In this document: positions 10,873 through 20,652 of the stretch, piece by piece
How positions within the stretch are numbered: the stretch's first letter is position 1
Layout of the letters: every line of letters starts with the position of its first letter
DNA from: a virus
Virus record (IMG/VR): IMGVR_UViG_3300029268_000010
Coordinates: 1-64,000 of that record
Reading direction: 5' to 3' (one strand)
Length of the DNA stretch: 64,000 nucleotides
Made by a program: the position numbers and the translations under genes
Notes under the pieces: generated by a model
What the model was told of the DNA's origin: nothing
Databases searched by the model: none
The model's input: the letters and a program-made list of their open reading frames with translations, nothing else

Positions 10873-13800
10873 AGTTTATAGATACATATCGTTTTTCTCC
10901 GGTCCTCACTGAAAATGATAAACCTTTTCAGGATGATTATTTTCATTTACCTCCGGAAGCAATAACAAAAGATTTTCTTGCAAAAGGATTCTATGATATT
11001 GATAATGAATGGTGGTTCAAACAACATACACGCTGCAGATACGGATTTACAGTTCCTAATGCTATTGATTTTGGAGGTGATGCTATCGTTGATGAAGTAG
11101 ATGCTTTCTGGAATGACAGTAAGATCCATGAACGTTACATAAAGGAATGGGATATTTTTGTTCCACCTAATTCAGTTAGCATTCCTCAGTATAATGTCAA
11201 TATCAAAAACCGGGAAGTATGGATCACTAACCGGCATTACTTTTATCTGAACTTTTGGAAGATATACGGTATTCCTCCTGATGCCCTTGAAAGATATAAC
11301 AAAGGACTTATCGAAGTAATAGCAAAGGAAAATGTTAATCCTAAGTTCCTCGATATGGATTTCCTTTTCTATATGCGTTTGAAGATGATGTTCGAGCAAC
11401 GCAAGGATGATAGTGAGTTAAAAGCCCGGCAGAAAGGATTTGAACAACCAAATAGTGAACCTATCCTTACCAATAAAGGTTGGAAAACAATGGAAGAGAT
11501 TAAGATAGGAGACCTTGTTGCCAATAAAAAAGGATCATATTCAAAAGTCTCTGATATATTTCCACAAGGTAATAAAGATGTATATGAAGTCGAATTACTG
11601 GATGGAAGAAAAACAAGATGTGGGATTAATCATTTATGGAAGGTTTATGATAAAGGTTTAAAGAAAAAGAGAGAAGTTGTATTAAGTACACAACAATTAT
11701 TAAATTATGGACTTACAGGAAAAGTTAATAAGAGGAAAAATGTATCATACCGTTTTGCCCTTCCAGAAATAGAACCCGTAGAATTTCAAAATCAAAACTT
11801 ACCTATAGATCCCTATCTTCTTGGATTATTACTTGGTGATGGAACTATTAATAGGGCATTGAAAATTTCATCAAAAGATCAAGAAATACTTAATTCAATA
11901 CAATCTATCCTAGGGTTAGATTATGAACTTAATTTTGATAAGGATTCAAATTGTAATTACCGTATTAAATTTTGGAACGTTCATGACAAGGAACAACATA
12001 AAAAATATAATAAAAATTGTTCTATTAAACTTAATCCACTGAAAGAAGAATTAAAAAAACTTAATCTTTTAAAGTGTTGTCATGATAAATTTATTCCTGA
12101 AATATATAAACATTCATCTATTAATCAACGATTGGAACTTATACGTGGTTTAATGGATACGGATGGTCATATATCACCTGATGGATGTATGGAATTTAAA
12201 AATTGTTCAAAACAACTTTCTTATGATTTAGTTTATATTCTGAGAAGTTTAGGAATTCAATGCAAAATAAAAGAGTTTCCAAGCCCTAAAGGATATTCTA
12301 ATTTCTTTAGGGTTTATATACGGACAACAAAATATAACCTATTCAAACTTACTAGGAAAACAAAATTATTTAAACCTGACAAGAATATTTATAAACGATG
12401 TCCGATTAAATCAATAACAAAATTGCCTTATCAGGAAATGTCTTCTTGTATTCTTTTAGATGATGAGGATCATATTTATCTTACTAAAGATTTTATTCCT
12501 ACACACAATTCCGAGAAACTCTCAGGAGGTATTGCAGCTTATAATTATCTTTTCATGCCAGCGTCACTTACCATTATCGCCGGTGGTATGTCTGATGATG
12601 CCGATAAAACATATCTTGCTTCTAAACGTGGACTTGAAAATCTTCGAAATACTCAGTTTTATAAAGAATACGAAAACTCTAATCTTGAATTTACCCATGC
12701 AGCAAATACAGGAGCTGAGATAAGAGCAATATCTTGTCGTGACAATACCCAGGCGCTTAACCGTTTTTCTCCTTTCTTCACTATCATTGAAGAAGGTGGT
12801 AAGTGGAAAAAGGATTCATTATTAGAAACACAGGAATTTGCTGAGTCTGCAACAAAAGCCGAAGGTATTAAGACCGGTTATAAGATTTATATCTACACTG
12901 GTGGAAGTATGGACATGGGCGCCGCCGATGCTGAAACAATTCATTACAATCCCGATCAGTTTAACTGTCTTAAGTTCAGGAATAATTTTGAGGAAGAAGG
13001 TGCTTGTAATGGTTATACAGGTCACTTCACCCCTTCATGGATGTATCGTATCATTGATAAAGACGGAAACTCTTTAAGAAGAGAATCACTTATTGATATC
13101 TATGCTGAGGAATCAAGAAAAAAAGCTGATAAGAAAATAACCTTCTGGACACAGAATCCTATTCATGCCTCTCAGGCATTTATGATACCTACAGGTGGTT
13201 TCTTTGGAGAGAGGATAATCAATATGCTTAATATCCGAAAAGCATTTATCAGAACGCATACCGAAGATCAGATTGAAGAAAGAGGAAGGTTAGAGTGGAA
13301 TAATCCAAAACTTCCATTTCAAGGTGTTCATTTTGTTACTGATCCCAAAGGTCATGTTATCCTCATAGAAGAACCACAAAAGGACAAACATGGAATAGTA
13401 TTAAAAAATCTATATAAACTCGGTACCGACTCCTATGATAAGGATGAAGCATTAACATCTACTTCAATGGGTAGCGTGAGCGTGTTTAAAGGATTCTATG
13501 ATGCCAACAGTACATACAAGAAGTATTGCATGAGGATCACCGAACGACCTGGGATATCCGAAGGAGGGAAAGATATATTCTATGAAGATACTGCCAAAGC
13601 GTGCATATACTATGGTGGTATAAACCTTATAGAGTGGTCAAATATTTTAATTTTTGAATGGTATGAGAAGAATGGTTTTGCTTCTTTATTAAAAGAAAGA
13701 CCAGACCTTGCCATGGCATCATCAGTAAAGAAATCAAAAGTATTCAATAAATGGGGTGTGGACCCTAATACCAAAATACATTGGCTCACAAAACTCAGAA

Positions 13801-14045
13801 AGCATTTGGAAGAACCACAAAGTATAGAAGAACTATACGATATGGAACAGATAACTGCTTTTGCCAAATTCAGATACAATCCTGGCAAGAAATACAACTG
13901 CGATATAACTATCGCCTCAGCACTCTGTATCGTTTGCTATGAAGATGAAATGATGTATGAAGTACAGACCTCTGATAAGGCAAATGATTTTGATGAAAAA
14001 CCAATAAGATATATAGAAAGAAACGGACAAATCGTAATGGTATAA
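10869..14045 (+). CDS. terL: Terminase large subunit (crAss-like), intein-interrupted
   Basis: HYFYLNF motif, Walker A KARQKGF/SEK split by the intein, Walker B IIEEGG, YTGGS, RNase H-like nuclease GTDSYD...NCDITIA. Confidence 0.95.
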   Translation: MKFIDTYRFSPVLTENDKPFQDDYFHLPPEAITKDFLAKGFYDIDNEWWFKQHTRCRYGFTVPNAIDFGGDAIVDEVDAFWNDSKIHERYIKEWDIFVPPNSVSIPQYNVNIKNREVWITNRHYFYLNFWKIYGIPPDALERYNKGLIEVIAKENVNPKFLDMDFLFYMRLKMMFEQRKDDSELKARQKGFEQPNSEPILTNKGWKTMEEIKIGDLVANKKGSYSKVSDIFPQGNKDVYEVELLDGRKTRCGINHLWKVYDKGLKKKREVVLSTQQLLNYGLTGKVNKRKNVSYRFALPEIEPVEFQNQNLPIDPYLLGLLLGDGTINRALKISSKDQEILNSIQSILGLDYELNFDKDSNCNYRIKFWNVHDKEQHKKYNKNCSIKLNPLKEELKKLNLLKCCHDKFIPEIYKHSSINQRLELIRGLMDTDGHISPDGCMEFKNCSKQLSYDLVYILRSLGIQCKIKEFPSPKGYSNFFRVYIRTTKYNLFKLTRKTKLFKPDKNIYKRCPIKSITKLPYQEMSSCILLDDEDHIYLTKDFIPTHNSEKLSGGIAAYNYLFMPASLTIIAGGMSDDADKTYLASKRGLENLRNTQFYKEYENSNLEFTHAANTGAEIRAISCRDNTQALNRFSPFFTIIEEGGKWKKDSLLETQEFAESATKAEGIKTGYKIYIYTGGSMDMGAADAETIHYNPDQFNCLKFRNNFEEEGACNGYTGHFTPSWMYRIIDKDGNSLRRESLIDIYAEESRKKADKKITFWTQNPIHASQAFMIPTGGFFGERIINMLNIRKAFIRTHTEDQIEERGRLEWNNPKLPFQGVHFVTDPKGHVILIEEPQKDKHGIVLKNLYKLGTDSYDKDEALTSTSMGSVSVFKGFYDANSTYKKYCMRITERPGISEGGKDIFYEDTAKACIYYGGINLIEWSNILIFEWYEKNGFASLLKERPDLAMASSVKKSKVFNKWGVDPNTKIHWLTKLRKHLEEPQSIEELYDMEQITAFAKFRYNPGKKYNCDITIASALCIVCYEDEMMYEVQTSDKANDFDEKPIRYIERNGQIVMV
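11442..12509 (+). mobile_element. Class 3 intein (356 aa) with LAGLIDADG homing endonuclease, N-terminal Glu
   Basis: Begins EQPNSEPILTNKGWK; block B CGINHLW; LAGLIDADG motifs YLLGLLLGDG and LIRGLMDTDG; block F SSCILLD; ends DFIPTHN/S; removal restores KARQKGFSEK. Confidence 0.92.
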
Positions 14046-14047
14046 CT

Positions 14048-16672
14048 ATGAATAACTCACAAGTAAACGAAAAGAAAACTGTTTCCAAAACATATCTGGA
14101 GGAAATGGGCCTTGATATTGCGACGCAAATCAAGAACTCTTCATTAAATAAAGGGAAAGATATTAAATGTTGGGAGTATTATAATGAATTCGAAAATAAT
14201 TCTGACTTTGACTATCTGAGAAAATTCGGTAATGATCCTAACAATACTTTTATCTTACCAGCGAAGGTAAGACATATTGGTATTCAAAGACCGAAGATAA
14301 ATAATATGGCGGGCACCAAGGCCCAACGTCCTTTTGTCTTTTCAGTATTTGTCGCTGATGAATTGAGTAAAAAGCAAAAACTTGATAAAAAACTCAAACT
14401 TTATTTTAAAAAGATAGAGCAGAAGATCAAAGAACGTAAATATACCATTGAGGATTCCTTACAGGAACTCCAGATGCAACGTCAGAATATACAGAACAAA
14501 GTTCAGTATATGCAGCAGGCGCTGGAACAGTCACAAGATCCAAAAGAACAGATGCAGTTACAATTGCAGTTACAGGATCTTGGTGTGATGATGCCGCGTA
14601 TAGAATCACAGATGCAACGAATAGAAAATGAATTTCTCGAACAGGAGATATTCACTGATCAGGAAATACAGAATATTGAACTTAAATTAAAGAGTGATTT
14701 TAAAGATACAAAGGAAATCATAGGACAGAAAATTCTTATTGGTCTTAGAAGATTACTAGGTATTGAAAGAAAATCAACACAAGCATTTATTGACAAAACA
14801 GTATCAGGAAAGGAGTATTTTTATGTTGACTATATCCCGGGCGAAAGACTTCCACGATTTGAACAAATCAATGACGTCAAAGTATATTACCCGAATGATC
14901 CGGATGCGGAGTATACCCACCAGGGTAGATGGGTCGCTATTGAATCAGAGTATTCTTATGAAGCACTCATCAGGAACTGGGGCGGGATGTTATCGCCTAC
15001 TGCCAAAAAAGAACTTGAAGAGATACGGTCCACTTATGGGTATAATGATAATACTTATAATTTTATAAGTGGCACAGGTAATAAAGCTGTTGATAATCCT
15101 TATGCCGGCACTCAGGTTGAAACTACAGGAAATGGTATCAATGTAAAACAGATATGGTTCAGGGTTGAAAGACCTGTCTATATGAAGTTCTCTCCTAATA
15201 AATTTACTGGTGACTTCTACAGGAAAGTTATTACTGATGATGATTTAAGGAAAGATCCTATCCAGACAAAAAAAGGAGAGAAAAAAGAAACCCGATATAT
15301 TGATGATGTCTACCAGGCAGTAGTGATTCATAATAAACATGTGGTTGACGTAAAACTTAAACCTTACCAATATCGCAATCCTGACAATCCTTCTTTTGTT
15401 CCTTTGCCTATTGTTGGAAAAACATTTAATTCCATAACTGACAGACCGTATTCTCTCATATGGTCCACGCGACATCTTCAGGATCAGTACAAGATATTAA
15501 CTTTCCAGAAAGAACTTCTTATTGCATTGTCAGGAGTGAAAGGACAGATTATTGACCTCTCACAGAAGCCAAGAGGTATGTCGAAAGAAGAACATGCATA
15601 CTATAAGAAACTCGGTAGGTTGTATATCGAAACTGTAGGACCCGATGGTAGACCCAAGAACATTTCCTATAATCAATGGAAAGATTATGATGATACCTTG
15701 TCTCCGGGAATACAGATAATTGACCAGATGCTTCAGCAGATAGATATGACCTGTACCTATACTATGGGATTAACACCTCAGTCTATGGGAGCTATGTCGT
15801 CAGGAGACCTTGTAGGAACGACAGAAATTGCAAGAGATCAGGCATCACTCACTACAGCAATACTTTATCATGAACATGATGAGATAGAAAGAATAGCCTG
15901 TGAATTACTTATCAATATTGCCATTCAACAGTGTTTCAGTGATGAATTCATAATGACTATCCTTGACAATAAGTTAGGTGCGGAAGATGTATCTATTCCA
16001 AAAGGATTGTTTAAGAATGTTGCTTTTGAGTTAGGACTTATCAATGCTCTGCAGGATGAACGTAATCTTCGTGAATTGAAGATGCTCTCCATAAAACAGA
16101 ATGACAAAGGAATGCTTCCTTTTTCTCAGTTAGTATCTATCTATAATACGGAGTCGGTAAAAGAACTGGAGAAGAAACTTGAATATTTCTCCAAGATGGC
16201 AGAAGATATTCAGGCAAAGAATATGCAGGCCCAAGGTCAGCAGGCGCTGGAAGTGGAAAAGGCAAAGATTCAGTTTGCTAAAGAATATGAAGCCGAAATA
16301 GCAAAACAGAGATTTGCCATCGACGAACAGAAGAACAAGATCCTTGAAGGACAGTTACAGATTCAGGCAGCACAGTTAGAGATGCAGCAAAAGACAGAAG
16401 CAGCTAAACTTGCACAGGAAAAACAGTTAAAGATGCTTGATATAGGCGCTGAAAGAGAAATTGAAGCAGCATATCTTCAGGAGCAGAATAGGGCAGCAAG
16501 GATGCAGGAACAGTTACAGGCAATAAAATTACAGATGGATTCCATCACTGAGTCATTAAATGCTTCCTTACAAGATAAAGATCTTATCATTGACAAACAG
16601 AAAGCTGATGATAAAAATGCTACTGAGATTAAAAAAGCAAAATCTGTTAAGAAAGAACGTAATAGGGTGTAA
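14048..16672 (+). CDS. Portal protein (crAss-like)
   Basis: 874 aa directly after TerL; PAKVRH...PKINNMAG, coiled coils and long C-terminal helical barrel typical of crAss/P22-like portals. Confidence 0.88.
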   Translation: MNNSQVNEKKTVSKTYLEEMGLDIATQIKNSSLNKGKDIKCWEYYNEFENNSDFDYLRKFGNDPNNTFILPAKVRHIGIQRPKINNMAGTKAQRPFVFSVFVADELSKKQKLDKKLKLYFKKIEQKIKERKYTIEDSLQELQMQRQNIQNKVQYMQQALEQSQDPKEQMQLQLQLQDLGVMMPRIESQMQRIENEFLEQEIFTDQEIQNIELKLKSDFKDTKEIIGQKILIGLRRLLGIERKSTQAFIDKTVSGKEYFYVDYIPGERLPRFEQINDVKVYYPNDPDAEYTHQGRWVAIESEYSYEALIRNWGGMLSPTAKKELEEIRSTYGYNDNTYNFISGTGNKAVDNPYAGTQVETTGNGINVKQIWFRVERPVYMKFSPNKFTGDFYRKVITDDDLRKDPIQTKKGEKKETRYIDDVYQAVVIHNKHVVDVKLKPYQYRNPDNPSFVPLPIVGKTFNSITDRPYSLIWSTRHLQDQYKILTFQKELLIALSGVKGQIIDLSQKPRGMSKEEHAYYKKLGRLYIETVGPDGRPKNISYNQWKDYDDTLSPGIQIIDQMLQQIDMTCTYTMGLTPQSMGAMSSGDLVGTTEIARDQASLTTAILYHEHDEIERIACELLINIAIQQCFSDEFIMTILDNKLGAEDVSIPKGLFKNVAFELGLINALQDERNLRELKMLSIKQNDKGMLPFSQLVSIYNTESVKELEKKLEYFSKMAEDIQAKNMQAQGQQALEVEKAKIQFAKEYEAEIAKQRFAIDEQKNKILEGQLQIQAAQLEMQQKTEAAKLAQEKQLKMLDIGAEREIEAAYLQEQNRAARMQEQLQAIKLQMDSITESLNASLQDKDLIIDKQKADDKNATEIKKAKSVKKERNRV

Positions 16673-16674
16673 TT

Positions 16675-18465
16675 ATGAAAAAGGGATTTTTTGTAAAGAA
16701 AAAAGGTAATGGTGGTTCAATAGAGCCAAAGCCACAAGAATTAATAGTTCCAATGCCTAATGCACTTGATAATATATGGAAGAGTGAAATGATTGAAAAT
16801 GCAAAACAACCTATTCAGATACCTCCAATAAATACCACACAGAATGTAGTTACTCCTGCAGAAATAAAAGATGAAAATGGTATTATAGATTATACTGGAC
16901 AATCTTTTGCAGATGCATTCTCAAAAGCAAGGGATCTTTCAGGAAATAGTACAGGTACTTTTAAATGGAATGGAAATACTTATGGTACTGAATATGCCAC
17001 TGAAGCAAAAAACGCTGGCAGACAGTATTGGATAGATCCAGATACGGGAGAAAATATTGTTGAATCTAAGTCTTCAATTCCTATTACTACTTCGAAAACA
17101 TATCCATGGATTCCTAAATCTTTTGAAAATAAATCAAGATTTTCAAATACTCTTCCTGGTGATGATATGCAATTAGAAGATACAAGTGATTGGGATCGGA
17201 TAGTAACAGAGAACAAAAAGATTAAAACTGAAGTAGATACTATTCCTATTCCTAAAAAAGATTCAATAATATCTCCTGATACTTTTAAGACAGAAAAGAA
17301 AACACCTCCTACTATCATAAAAGATGATACAGGAGAGTTTAAAATGGAAATAGCAGATAGTCTTGGTAATCCTCCTAAGATTGAAATTACTCCGGAAGTA
17401 ATAGATACTGTAAATAATTTCATCGATTCAAAAGGAGAAGATTATAAATATACACAAGAAGATCTTGATGAATTAAGTACACTTATAAATATTCCCAAAG
17501 CGTATTTAGCGTATTATGCAGCTACCAGAGGATCAAGTTTAATAGCAAGAGATATTCCTAAATTAATTAGAAATGCATTTGTTTCAAAATTAGGAACAAA
17601 ACCATTACCAACTCCAGAAATGCAATTTCCATCTAAGGTTTCTAAAGGAGAGACAAAATTATTAAAAGGAAATGCATGGAAAGTTTTTCGTAGAGGTATT
17701 CTTGAAAGTAATGATCCGGTTAAACCGATATCAAAATATAATATTAATTTGAATAAATATTTTCCTGGTTATAATACATATAATATCGGAAAAAAAACAA
17801 TTAATGCTAGTGTAAAGACTGCATTTAAAGCCGGTGATGTTATTGAGGCAGGCACACAAGCAGTACAAAAAGGAAGTACGAAAACCATTCAATCTATTTC
17901 TGAATTTACATCTAGCATCCTTAAAAATGCTTCAAAGATTAAAGCATCAAATATAATAGGTGTAGAAAGTAAGGTTGGAAAATATGTTTCACCTACATTA
18001 AAAGGAGGATGGAAAGTTCTTGGAGAAGTAGCAAGTAAGATCGCATGGCCACTAACTGCTGTTGAGATATTAACTATGGAAGGTAATAATCTTTCATGGG
18101 CAAAACAACAACCTTCTAAAATTCTTGCAGCTGGACGAGATGCAGAACGAGAAGGAAAATCTTATACTCAGGGAATGATTGAGTATTACAAACAAGTTAA
18201 ACCAGGACTATTACAAAGGGGAGAAACTGATATCATTAATCAGATAGAATCCAATATAGCATCTCATTTTTCTCAATATTCACAAGTGAAAAGAACTAAT
18301 CTTGGAGTACCGAAAGAGAAAAGTTCAATATCTAATACTGGTAAATTAATTTCGTGGGCAGATACATATGTACCAGAAACAAAGAAAGTGAATACCATAA
18401 AATCTTCGACAAAAACTAATGATAATAATTTAAATTATCAATGGAAAAATCAGGTAGTACAATAG
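16675..18465 (+). CDS. Variable virion-associated/cargo-type protein (596 aa)
   Basis: Contains a SFADAFSKAR...FKWNGNTYGTE module; low-complexity regions; between portal and scaffold. Confidence 0.5.
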   Translation: MKKGFFVKKKGNGGSIEPKPQELIVPMPNALDNIWKSEMIENAKQPIQIPPINTTQNVVTPAEIKDENGIIDYTGQSFADAFSKARDLSGNSTGTFKWNGNTYGTEYATEAKNAGRQYWIDPDTGENIVESKSSIPITTSKTYPWIPKSFENKSRFSNTLPGDDMQLEDTSDWDRIVTENKKIKTEVDTIPIPKKDSIISPDTFKTEKKTPPTIIKDDTGEFKMEIADSLGNPPKIEITPEVIDTVNNFIDSKGEDYKYTQEDLDELSTLINIPKAYLAYYAATRGSSLIARDIPKLIRNAFVSKLGTKPLPTPEMQFPSKVSKGETKLLKGNAWKVFRRGILESNDPVKPISKYNINLNKYFPGYNTYNIGKKTINASVKTAFKAGDVIEAGTQAVQKGSTKTIQSISEFTSSILKNASKIKASNIIGVESKVGKYVSPTLKGGWKVLGEVASKIAWPLTAVEILTMEGNNLSWAKQQPSKILAAGRDAEREGKSYTQGMIEYYKQVKPGLLQRGETDIINQIESNIASHFSQYSQVKRTNLGVPKEKSSISNTGKLISWADTYVPETKKVNTIKSSTKTNDNNLNYQWKNQVVQ

Positions 18466-19373
18466 AAAATCAAAATTCAGAATCTTCTTTTTCTTTAAAA
18501 CCAGAATACTTCAAAACATTTTTAAATAAATACATTGGTATTAATACAAATGATGATATTGAAAATCCTAGTTCATTACATGTTAAACGAACTAATTTAA
18601 GTGAAGGAATGAAAGAAGAATTCAGTTCAGTAAATTATATTGTTCCTGATAAATTTTCATATAATGCCAACGATCAATTAAGTGGATTTTCAAATCAATT
18701 CAGTCTTGAAAATGGAATGAATTATACTTATCTTCCTAACCAAAATAAAATAGATAATTTCACTGTATCAGGAAAATATGTTGTTGCACATCATTTACTA
18801 GATACAGATCTCGATAAAGCAACTCTTTCTAAAGATACTTTTAAAAATAGTCCAGACACAAATTATTATCCTATAATTAAAAAAGATGGTAATAATGTCT
18901 GGTTAACATATAAACAACTGAAGGATGTTACCAATGAAGATGAAATAGCATCGGAATTACGTCAATATAAGTTGAGTGATATTGATTTTGATTCCAAAAC
19001 ACAAGAACCGGGATATAGACCAGGACATTATGTTTTATCTACAAAAACAGGAATAGATACACAATTACACTTCGTAGATAAAGATTCTTATGGCAGACAT
19101 TCTGGTAATAATGTTGTGTTTATATTTACAGATAAAAAAGGAAATAAATATGCGAGAGATTTTTCGGGAACCATAAATGAAATAAAATCCGAAGGAGAAA
19201 AAATTGTTAAACGATATGATATCAAAAAAGATGATATTATTTTAGGTTATATGGATGCTGGAAGTTATAGTGTTGCCGAGTATTTTGATAATATAGAAAC
19301 ATATAAAAATCAAATTAAAGTAAGAAATTTACCTGGTCAGGTAGGTGCTGGATTGGCTATACCTACAAAATAA
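18441..19373 (+). CDS. Hypothetical protein (310 aa), AT-rich
   Basis: Long ORF; C-terminal YMDAGSY motif of unknown function. Confidence 0.6.
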   Translation: MEKSGSTIENQNSESSFSLKPEYFKTFLNKYIGINTNDDIENPSSLHVKRTNLSEGMKEEFSSVNYIVPDKFSYNANDQLSGFSNQFSLENGMNYTYLPNQNKIDNFTVSGKYVVAHHLLDTDLDKATLSKDTFKNSPDTNYYPIIKKDGNNVWLTYKQLKDVTNEDEIASELRQYKLSDIDFDSKTQEPGYRPGHYVLSTKTGIDTQLHFVDKDSYGRHSGNNVVFIFTDKKGNKYARDFSGTINEIKSEGEKIVKRYDIKKDDIILGYMDAGSYSVAEYFDNIETYKNQIKVRNLPGQVGAGLAIPTK

Positions 19374-19406
19374 TTTGCTATTACATAATTAAAATCCATA
19401 TATTTG
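19374..19406 (+). promoter_or_regulatory. Bacteroidota primary-sigma promoter for the head operon
   Basis: TTTG 19374-19377, 21-nt spacer, TATATTTG 19399-19406; same geometry as 3092-3124. Confidence 0.78.
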
Positions 19407-19427
19407 TCTCATTAAAAACCTAAAACA

Positions 19428-20609
19428 ATGTTTAGAAAAGAGAACTCAGAAAACAGATTATGGCATACCATTCTTCCCATAGGGATGATGGATGCTCCAG
19501 CAGATCAAGGTGCCGGAGGCGGTAAATCCACTCCAGTAGCTCAGCAGATTGAAAAAACCATAGAAGATCAGTTAGCGGTCAATTACGAAATCCCACCTCC
19601 ACCGCCTGAGAAAACTGACTCACCACTCCCTCCAGAAAAAAAAGACACACCACCTCCACCAAAAAATGATGCCCTTCCACCTCCGGTAAAAACCGATGCA
19701 CCCCCTCCGGCAAAAGTAGATACTCCTACTGGTTACAAACCAAGTAAATATTGGGAAAAGGTAAAAACCGGTTTTGAAGAAGCTAATGGTACTGATTCAT
19801 TTAAGTTACCTGATGGTATCACTGAAGAAAATGAACATGAAAAACTATTTGAATTTTTACAAGAAAATTATATTGGAAATCCAGAATTATTCATATCTCA
19901 ATTAGATCCCCGAGTTCAAAATATAGTTCGTTCTTCTTTAGAAGAGAACTTTGACTATGATACTCATGTTGCTCAGGCTAATAACCAGAATGCAATTTTT
20001 AATTTACCATCCGATCAGTTTATGAAAGTATTTCTTAAACAACAAAACGGAAAATCTGAAAAGAATCCCGATGGATGGACTGATGAAGATATCAATGTTC
20101 ATGTTGAAAAGATGGATAAGATTGAGAGGGATAAGCAAGTTTTGACTTTAAAAAATCAGATGAAAGTTGCGAAGCAACAAGAATTATCTGAAAAAAATAA
20201 AGTTAAAGAATCTGAGAACGAAAAGAATTTCCAGAAAATTTTATCAAAACAAGAAACAGATATTTCTACACTGATTGAAAGAAACAAGAGCAAGAAGACA
20301 TTTATGGGTATTGAATTCAGCGATGCTGAGAAAGAGCAATTCCTTAAAGATCTCCCTTCTCTTATTAAAATCAATCCAAAGACAAAAACTTTTCCATTGT
20401 ATGATATGTTGCGAAGCGACGACACATTGATGGAAATGGCTGCTGTGGTGTGGAAAGGAGAAAAAGGAGTTAGAGATCACATTGATGAGATTCGTGAAAA
20501 CGGAATTCAGAACGTATGGTCCAAACTAAGGTTAAATTCTATAAATGAAAGTGGGAGTATTATTGACAAACATCAACCAAATATTCCCGGCGATGAAGCT
20601 TTTGTATAG
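19428..20609 (+). CDS. Probable capsid scaffolding/assembly protein
   Basis: Immediately upstream of MCP; GAGGG plus Pro-rich repeats at the N-terminus, acidic helical body. Confidence 0.7.
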   Translation: MFRKENSENRLWHTILPIGMMDAPADQGAGGGKSTPVAQQIEKTIEDQLAVNYEIPPPPPEKTDSPLPPEKKDTPPPPKNDALPPPVKTDAPPPAKVDTPTGYKPSKYWEKVKTGFEEANGTDSFKLPDGITEENEHEKLFEFLQENYIGNPELFISQLDPRVQNIVRSSLEENFDYDTHVAQANNQNAIFNLPSDQFMKVFLKQQNGKSEKNPDGWTDEDINVHVEKMDKIERDKQVLTLKNQMKVAKQQELSEKNKVKESENEKNFQKILSKQETDISTLIERNKSKKTFMGIEFSDAEKEQFLKDLPSLIKINPKTKTFPLYDMLRSDDTLMEMAAVVWKGEKGVRDHIDEIRENGIQNVWSKLRLNSINESGSIIDKHQPNIPGDEAFV

Positions 20610-20652
20610 AGTTTGTAATAAAATAATTATGAACTAAAAAACTCTAAAAATC

